Under the pieces are notes generated by a model. The model made no database searches and was not told the DNA's origin. It saw only the letters and a program-made list of their open reading frames with translations. The translations under genes and the position numbers were made by a program. Positions 57,726-64,000 of a DNA stretch of 64,000 bases are shown piece after piece. The stretch covers positions 187,522 to 251,521 of the forward strand of contig JBFWUP010000004.1 of the NCBI GenBank assembly GCA_050247195.1, read 5' to 3'. Position 1 is the stretch's first letter, and each line of letters begins with the position of its first letter. Source of the DNA: Candidatus Melainabacteria bacterium. Its GTDB lineage: Bacteria > Cyanobacteriota > Vampirovibrionia > Vampirovibrionales > Vampirovibrionaceae.

Positions 57726-59069
57726 TCAGGGTTCGCGTTCATGGCGAACCGGCACAGCCATGTCATCAAGGGTTTTGCGGGTGCAGGTCACCCACTGCCG
57801 GATGCCCTGAACAATAATCTCACGCGCGCCGCGGTTGTTCTCCAGCAGTTGCTGGCCGCTTTCCACCATGGTGTATACCGGCTCCGGCTGCGTCAGGATC
57901 TCCTGTAACTGCTGCTGGAGTTCATCCGTGTCTTTCACCTGTATCCCGGCGCCCGCATCCAGGATCAGTTGCGTGATGGCAGGAAAATTATCCATAGAGG
58001 GTCCAAACAACACAGGTATTCGCTGGCTGATGGGCTCCAGGGGGTTCTGCCCCCCTTTTTCCACAAAACTGCCGCCCATCACCGCCACGGTGGCCAGGCT
58101 GTACACGGCCATTAATTCCCCAATCGTATCCAGGATCACCACCGCCTCGGTATTGGGGGTGTCCGGCTGCAGTTTGCTGCGCAGGGAATGGCGGATATTC
58201 TGCATGGCAAGCACCTTGCTGACTTCGGGTACGCGCTCGGGGTGGCGCGGCGCCAGAATGACCCGCAGTTCCGGGAAGTCCTTGCGCAGCAGCATATAAA
58301 CCCGCATCAGCAGATCCTCCTCACCCGGGTGGGTGCTGGCGTACACCAGGGTGGTGGACTGGGCGTCCACACCCAGCAGAACAGCCAGCTGTTCACGCAG
58401 ACCCGGGACGAGTGAGGGGTTGATATCAAATTTGAGATTCCCGGCCACCGTCACGCGTTCGGTGGGAACATCCCCCAGAGACTGAATCCGGTTGGCGTCC
58501 GCCTGGGTCTGCATAAAGAAATGGACGATGGCGCGAAACGCCGGCTTCAGAAGCCATTTGATCCACCGGTAGCCGTTAAAGGAACCCCGGGAAATCCGGC
58601 CGTTCACCACCACCACCGGCACGCGGTGACGCCGGCAGGCGAACAGAAAATTCGGCCACAGCTCGGTTTCTGTCAGCACCACCAGGTTCGGCTGAATCCG
58701 GTTTAAAGCACTGTTAACCGCGGGCCAGAGATCAAACGGATAATAGAACACACGGTGCGACGGATACCGGTTGCGCGCCAGTTTCTGGGCGGTGCGCGTG
58801 GTGGTGCTGATCACCACCGTCATTGCGGCATCAACGCTTTCAATCACCGGGCGTATCGCATTCAGCTCCCCCACTGAAACCGCATGAAACCAGACACAGG
58901 GCCTGTGGGCGTGCGGAGACGCCGCCGCAGGAGCGGGTACCGGATAAAAGCCCACCTTCTGCCAGAAACCGGCACGGGCCTTTGGCACCATCGCCAGATA
59001 CACCAGCCAGACTGGCAGGGTGAGGCATAAGCCCAACCACTGGGCTATGTTATAGAGGAAAAAAATCAT
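57726..59069 (-). CDS. waaA: Kdo transferase
   Basis: WFHAVSVGE, ETELWPN, NGRIS, GNLKFD, ASTHPGEE, APRHPER, GGQNPLEP. Confidence 0.93.
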   Translation of the reverse strand: MIFFLYNIAQWLGLCLTLPVWLVYLAMVPKARAGFWQKVGFYPVPAPAAASPHAHRPCVWFHAVSVGELNAIRPVIESVDAAMTVVISTTTRTAQKLARNRYPSHRVFYYPFDLWPAVNSALNRIQPNLVVLTETELWPNFLFACRRHRVPVVVVNGRISRGSFNGYRWIKWLLKPAFRAIVHFFMQTQADANRIQSLGDVPTERVTVAGNLKFDINPSLVPGLREQLAVLLGVDAQSTTLVYASTHPGEEDLLMRVYMLLRKDFPELRVILAPRHPERVPEVSKVLAMQNIRHSLRSKLQPDTPNTEAVVILDTIGELMAVYSLATVAVMGGSFVEKGGQNPLEPISQRIPVLFGPSMDNFPAITQLILDAGAGIQVKDTDELQQQLQEILTQPEPVYTMVESGQQLLENNRGAREIIVQGIRQWVTCTRKTLDDMAVPVRHEREP

Positions 59070-59075
59070 ACCTAA

Positions 59076-59594
59076 TCAGAATTTGAGGAGCACAGCCTCG
59101 CGGATGCGGCCCATGGCATGTTGCGCCAGCAGATAGCGGGGCTCAGCCTGGAGTGCGTGCTTGTAAAAACGGTAGGCGTTCAGGTAGTTACCCTGGTGTT
59201 CATACACCCGGCCCAGATTATAGTAGGCAAAATGGTTGGCGCGGTAACGTTTGGAGCTCAGTGCTTTCTTCAGGTAGGGAATAGCGTCCGTATAGGTTCC
59301 CTTGGCGATCAGGTAGGCGCCAATGTCGTTGTAGGGGTTCCCGAAGTCCGGATCGAGGGCAATGGCGTGGCGGCATTCCTCAATGGCGGCATCCAGCTCG
59401 CCCAGAAAACTGTAGGTCCAACCCAGAAAAGTATACGCCTCCGGGGTGGGGTACAGTCTCAGCGAAGCCTGATACATCTCAATGGCCTTGGCGTACTTTT
59501 TCTTCATCTGGGCATGGTAGCCCTCGTAAAAGTAGTTCAGTGCCTGCTTCTGTTTCCGCTTTTTGAATATGTTTTCAACCAGTACTTGCGGCAT
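59076..59594 (-). CDS. TPR protein
   Basis: EAYTFLGW, AIALDPDFGNPYNDIG, AYYNLGRVY. Confidence 0.85.
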   Translation of the reverse strand: MPQVLVENIFKKRKQKQALNYFYEGYHAQMKKKYAKAIEMYQASLRLYPTPEAYTFLGWTYSFLGELDAAIEECRHAIALDPDFGNPYNDIGAYLIAKGTYTDAIPYLKKALSSKRYRANHFAYYNLGRVYEHQGNYLNAYRFYKHALQAEPRYLLAQHAMGRIREAVLLKF

Positions 59595-59708
59595 CGGGCG
59601 TGCTTCCGTCAGTCGACGTGAGGGAGAAAATCTAGGCGTATTGTACGCAAAACACATTCCGGTCAATACGAATGTAACCCATTGTGTTACCGTGAACCCG
59701 CCCATGCA

Positions 59709-59743
59709 GAAAAGCCCCCGGTCGGACAACCGGCGGGCTTTTC
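59709..59743 (-). terminator. Terminator downstream of rpoC2
   Basis: GAAAAGCCC-CCGGT...ACCGG-C-GGGCTTTTC. Confidence 0.75.
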
Positions 59744-59771
59744 AGATGTTTCAGTTCCGGGTGGCGCGACC

Positions 59772-62700
59772 TTAGTCGTCCAGAATCATATCGCTGCCGG
59801 CATCCTCATCGGCGCCTTCCGTGGCTTCAATCACATGCAGGGATCCGTCATCAATAATGAGATTTTCCAGTGTCTCTTCATTAATTTCAGGGGATCCGAA
59901 CATGCTCTCAATTTCTTCGAGAATCGCCGACGGTTTGCGCATGGTCGACTTGGAAGCGTATCCGCCTTCATCGCCATCCTTCACATCGGCGCGGTCGTCC
60001 TTGAAGTTCGGGAAGCCGGTACCGGCAGGAATCAGACGCCCGATAATGACGTTTTCCTTCAGGCCGTAGAGGTAATCCTTCTTCCCTTCCACGGCGGCCT
60101 CGGCCAGCACACGGGTGGTCTCCTGGAAGCTGGCTGCCGAGATGAAGCTGTCCGTGTTGAGACTGGCTTTGGTAATGCCCAGCAACACGGGGTGTGCTTC
60201 AGAGGGCTGTTTGCCCGCTTCCGTGACCATCCGGTTGGCTTCCAGAACGACTTTCTCGTCCACCAGTTCTCCGGCCAGCATGGTGGTGTCACCACCATCA
60301 TCAATGCGCACCTTCTTGGTCATCTGGCGCACAATGACTTCAATGTGCTTGTCGGCGATCTCAACGCCCTGGGAGCGGTATACCCGCTGCACTTCATCCA
60401 CCAGGTAGCGGCGGACTTCGCCAATCCCAATGGTTTCCAGAATATCGTGGGGATTGATCGGCCCATCGGTGAGCGGATGACCGGCACTGATCTTCTGCTT
60501 GTCCTCCACAACGAGAGAAACGCCCACCGGCAGCGTGACTTCCTCACGGCCGTCGGCATGATGCAGATACAGATGGGCCACATCATCTTCCCATTCGATA
60601 TTCACCGTGGCATCCACGGGGGAGATAATGGCGCTTTCCTTGGGTTTACGGCCTTCCAGCAGTTCTTCAACCCGCGGAAGACCCTGGACGATGTCCCCGG
60701 TCTTCTGCCGTTCAAAGATCAGCGAGGCAATCAGATCGCCCCGTTGCGTGATGGCCCGGTTGGGCACCTGGAGCAGGGTACCGGCGCTGATCAGGTAAGG
60801 CTGACCCTTGCGCAGGATAATGGACTTGCCTTCAACCGCGTGCACCTGACCGGAGACAGGGGCCGTGGTGTCCTTGGCCAGCTCACCGTGAACTTTGACG
60901 AACTCACCCACCTTCACGGTGGCCTTGTCCTTCAGCGTCACGGTTGTTTCATGATCGCTGGTGATAATCAGCACCCGGCGGACGCCTTTGCCTTCGGCGC
61001 CAATACCCAGACTGACGCGACCGGGCGTGTGGGCGATGACCTGGGTCTTCACCACAGGGGTCTTCTTGGCGATCACCTGACGATCGGCGACGAGAAGCTG
61101 GGTCTGCGAGCCGGTCTGAATACCCACACTGGTGGGCGGGTCGCGGCGGATGGTGAGGTTTTCCAGCACCACCACGCGCAGGTTCTCGGCAGCATCCTTG
61201 TTCTTCTTCTTCACTTCGGGGGTGGCGTCCTGAATTTCCGTCACGCCTTTCATCCGCTCCAGATAGCCTTTCATCTGAAGGACCAGGCTGGTGCGGAGAA
61301 TGGGCGCACCATCAATGTAACGGATGCGGTCGCCGTCTTTCACCAGCAGCTGGGTGACAGGGACCACTTCAATGTTCTTTTCATCCGAGGAATCGAAGTT
61401 GATTTTGACCGGGCGCGGGCCCACCTCAAACTCCTGGAAGGGACGAAGCAGCACTTCGGCGTATTCCAGATCGCCGGCATCTTCCACATCCTCGTCATCG
61501 GCCGGTTCATCCATCTTGAAATTGATGGTGACAATGCAGCGCTCCTTGGCCTTGATGCCGGGGGCGACTTCCGTGCCTTTTTCCACGACGGTGCCGTCAT
61601 CCACGTTGATTTTGGTGATGTCGTCCACCCGGTGGAGTTCGCCGGGGCGAATCACCACTTCGCGGATAATGTCGTTTTCCTCGGTGAATTCAATGATACC
61701 GGTGGTCTGGCAGGTAATGCCCTTCACCACTTCGGTACCGGCTTTCACCGTCTGGCCGGACTCAATACCCGGCACTTTCAGGGAGATATCCTTGCTGACC
61801 TGGTGGATTTCTTCCGGCAGGAAGTAAACCTTGCCGGTCTGCGTCAGAATACGCTGCTCATCCACCTCGATATCCTGATAACGGATTTCACCGCTGGTGG
61901 GCACGGACATGGAGTCGTCCACCAGCTCGGCAATAATACTGCCGTTTTCCACGGTCGTTCCTGCCGGGGATTTCAGGACGTAGGTTTCCGTACCGCCTTT
62001 CACCTTCCAGATCTGCTCTTTCTTGGTGTGCTGCAGTTCGGCATTGGCCGGGCTGACCGAAGCGATGACAATGGTCAGTTCCTTGCCGTCCTCAATCGCC
62101 TGGACGGTCTCCTTGCCGGATTTGATTTCGCGGGTCACCAGGCTTTCAGGAATACGGACCTCACCGCCAAATTCGCTGCTGATGAGCGTTTCGGAGATGA
62201 TATCGCCGGCCTTGAGATCCTGGCCGTCTTTCACAAGGTGCTTGGAGCCGGTGGGCAGGTTGTAAACATCGCCACCCAGCACCCAGATGGTGCCGGCCTT
62301 GGTGCTCGTGCGGCTGATGTTGCCTTGGCGGTCCCGTTTCTCATCGGCGTCAAAGTCCTGGAAGATCACTTCACCGCTCATATCGGAGGTGATGTCCTTG
62401 GTGGCCTTCTCGGTCCGGCGGTTGGCCACGGGTTCAAACGTGGCCAGCAGGTCGCCGGCTTTCACAGTCTGGCCTTTTTTAACATAAACCATGCTGTTAA
62501 AGGACAGACGGTAGGACTCTTCGCCCTTGCCGGTCTTCAGCACCAGGTCGCAGTCCTTGGTCGTGACATCAACCACATCCCCGTGACGCTGACGGAACTC
62601 CTTACAGGGCAGGCTGCTGGTAACCGTACCATCGCTTTTGGCGCGGATACTTTCGACCGACCCGCTGCCGCTGAACACACCACCGGTGTGGAACGTCCGC

Positions 62701-63722
62701 ATGGTCAGCTGGGTGCCGGGCTCGCCAATACTCTGGGCAGCCATAATCCCAATGGCTTCACCGAGATCCACCGGTTTGTTGCTGGTGAGTGACCAGCCGT
62801 AGCATTTCTGGCAGACGCCGTTCTGGGTCTGGCAGGTCAGGGCAGAACGCACCAGCACCTGCTTCACGCCGGCGGATTCAATGGAAGCGGCCATGGTGGG
62901 AGAAATCACCTCACCGGCAGGCACAATCACTTCACCATCGCTGTTCACCACGTTAACGGCGGCGGTCCGGCTGATGATCCGGTCCACCAGCGAGACGACT
63001 TCCGAGTCGCCTTCGAGAATGGCTTCGCGCAGCACACCCTGTTCAGTGCCGCAGTCGGCTTCCTGAATAATCACATCCTGGGCCACGTCCACCAGACGGC
63101 GGGTGAGGTACCCGGAGTCGGCGGTCTTCAGGGCGGTGTCAACCAAACCCTTCCGGGCGCCGTAACTGGAGATAATGTACTCGGTAACGCTCAGACCTTC
63201 CTTAAAGTTCGTCTTAATCGGAAAGTCGATAATCTGGCCCTGGGCGTCCGCCATCAGGCCGCGCATCCCAACCAGCTGACGCACCTGGCTGATGTTCCCC
63301 CGGGCGCCGGAGAAGGCCATCATATACACAGGGTTCAGGCGGTCAAAGCCATCCACAACGGCCTGGGTCAGGCGTTCGGTGGTTTCGCTCCAGGTGTCAA
63401 TAACCTTGGTGTAGCGCTCAACCTCGGTGATGTCGCCAGCGAGGAAGCGCTGGTTGGACTTCTCCAGCTCGGTCTCTGTTTCGGCCAGCAGGGCTTTCTT
63501 GCCCTCCGGTACGCTGAGATCGGAAATCGAAATGGTGACACCGGCCATGGTGGCGTGGTGGAAGCCGAGATCCTTGAGGTTGTTGGCCAGGACGCCGGCC
63601 CTGGCGGTGCCGAATTCCTCATACACCTTGGCCAGGAGCTTATTCAGCCCTTTTTTATCCACCGTGGTGTTGATGAAATCGATTTTTTTCTTATTGCCTT
63701 TTTGGGGGGAGAGGATGCTCAT
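59772..63722 (-). CDS. rpoC2: RNA polymerase beta'' subunit (C-terminal part of split beta')
   Basis: SGARG, GARKGLVDTALKTADSGYLTRRL, AQSIGEPGTQLTMRTFHTGG, long insertion, DIVQGLPRVEELLE, SAASFQET. Confidence 0.97.
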   Translation of the reverse strand: MSILSPQKGNKKKIDFINTTVDKKGLNKLLAKVYEEFGTARAGVLANNLKDLGFHHATMAGVTISISDLSVPEGKKALLAETETELEKSNQRFLAGDITEVERYTKVIDTWSETTERLTQAVVDGFDRLNPVYMMAFSGARGNISQVRQLVGMRGLMADAQGQIIDFPIKTNFKEGLSVTEYIISSYGARKGLVDTALKTADSGYLTRRLVDVAQDVIIQEADCGTEQGVLREAILEGDSEVVSLVDRIISRTAAVNVVNSDGEVIVPAGEVISPTMAASIESAGVKQVLVRSALTCQTQNGVCQKCYGWSLTSNKPVDLGEAIGIMAAQSIGEPGTQLTMRTFHTGGVFSGSGSVESIRAKSDGTVTSSLPCKEFRQRHGDVVDVTTKDCDLVLKTGKGEESYRLSFNSMVYVKKGQTVKAGDLLATFEPVANRRTEKATKDITSDMSGEVIFQDFDADEKRDRQGNISRTSTKAGTIWVLGGDVYNLPTGSKHLVKDGQDLKAGDIISETLISSEFGGEVRIPESLVTREIKSGKETVQAIEDGKELTIVIASVSPANAELQHTKKEQIWKVKGGTETYVLKSPAGTTVENGSIIAELVDDSMSVPTSGEIRYQDIEVDEQRILTQTGKVYFLPEEIHQVSKDISLKVPGIESGQTVKAGTEVVKGITCQTTGIIEFTEENDIIREVVIRPGELHRVDDITKINVDDGTVVEKGTEVAPGIKAKERCIVTINFKMDEPADDEDVEDAGDLEYAEVLLRPFQEFEVGPRPVKINFDSSDEKNIEVVPVTQLLVKDGDRIRYIDGAPILRTSLVLQMKGYLERMKGVTEIQDATPEVKKKNKDAAENLRVVVLENLTIRRDPPTSVGIQTGSQTQLLVADRQVIAKKTPVVKTQVIAHTPGRVSLGIGAEGKGVRRVLIITSDHETTVTLKDKATVKVGEFVKVHGELAKDTTAPVSGQVHAVEGKSIILRKGQPYLISAGTLLQVPNRAITQRGDLIASLIFERQKTGDIVQGLPRVEELLEGRKPKESAIISPVDATVNIEWEDDVAHLYLHHADGREEVTLPVGVSLVVEDKQKISAGHPLTDGPINPHDILETIGIGEVRRYLVDEVQRVYRSQGVEIADKHIEVIVRQMTKKVRIDDGGDTTMLAGELVDEKVVLEANRMVTEAGKQPSEAHPVLLGITKASLNTDSFISAASFQETTRVLAEAAVEGKKDYLYGLKENVIIGRLIPAGTGFPNFKDDRADVKDGDEGGYASKSTMRKPSAILEEIESMFGSPEINEETLENLIIDDGSLHVIEATEGADEDAGSDMILDD

Positions 63723-63790
63723 GAGCGTGAATGTACCTCTTTGGTTGAATGCTTGCGGAGCGGCAAAGCCGCTCCGGGGGAATGGTTGAA

Positions 63791-64000
63791 TTACTGAAGC
63801 ACGGACTGACGGACCGTGTTGTTGAACAGGATGCGGCCCGGGGTGGTTTCGAGCATATCGCCCTGTTCGTCGCGCACCAGAATTTTGGCATGCAGTTCCA
63901 CCACACCGCTTTCATAGGCCGAGAGGGCGTCATCAAAGCTGTAGAACTTCATCCCTTTCCCGCGCGTGGCGTAGGGGTTGTCAATCGTCATGTAGTAAAT
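63791..64000 (-). CDS. rpoC1: RNA polymerase gamma subunit, C-terminal end (partial)
   Basis: YYMT...ETTPGRILFN-stop immediately upstream of rpoC2, as in cyanobacterial rpoC1. Confidence 0.9.
   Translation of the reverse strand: MYYMTIDNPYATRGKGMKFYSFDDALSAYESGVVELHAKILVRDEQGDMLETTPGRILFNNTVRQSVLQ

Noticed and set aside
59682-62792. 1036-aa plus-strand ORF
   Set aside because: Antisense shadow of rpoC2. The same applies to the long antisense ORFs over recA, glnA and the GH57 gene.

Overview
A GC-rich bacterial chromosome segment. The split rpoC1/rpoC2 with a large SI3-type insertion, cyanobacteria-like housekeeping genes, a Kdo transferase and the absence of photosynthesis genes in this window point to a non-photosynthetic Cyanobacteriota lineage (Vampirovibrionia/Melainabacteria-like); this is an inference. 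Most of the window is housekeeping: glyQ, serS, glnA, recA, murI, an AMIN amidase, pilT, an Slt, a GH57 enzyme, rsfS, mazG, waaA, rpoC1 and rpoC2. Three accessory loci stand out. (1) At 36.3-39.6 kb there is a polymorphic toxin locus. Its C-terminal domain carries the colicin M (lipid II-cleaving) motifs, and each toxin is paired with a convergent, membrane-anchored immunity candidate. The locus is a ~1.17 kb tandem duplication with near-identical outer arms and a divergent core holding the 3' ends of both genes, giving one full toxin, one orphan toxin tip with its own immunity gene, and a scar of a third unit. (2) A 7.7 kb phage-satellite-like element is integrated in tRNA-Pro(CGG) with a 70 bp att duplication. 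It encodes an HTH-fused tyrosine integrase, an initiator with iterons, a DnaB-like helicase and an HGGxSTG protein, and has an attenuator-like leader. It separates the tRNA promoter from an AT-rich Abi-alpha/DUF4393-like gene. (3) A two-gene cellulose-synthase-like locus has a BcsA with three PilZ-like domains and a BcsC-like TPR/barrel protein. All family assignments come from reading motifs by eye; no database searches were run.
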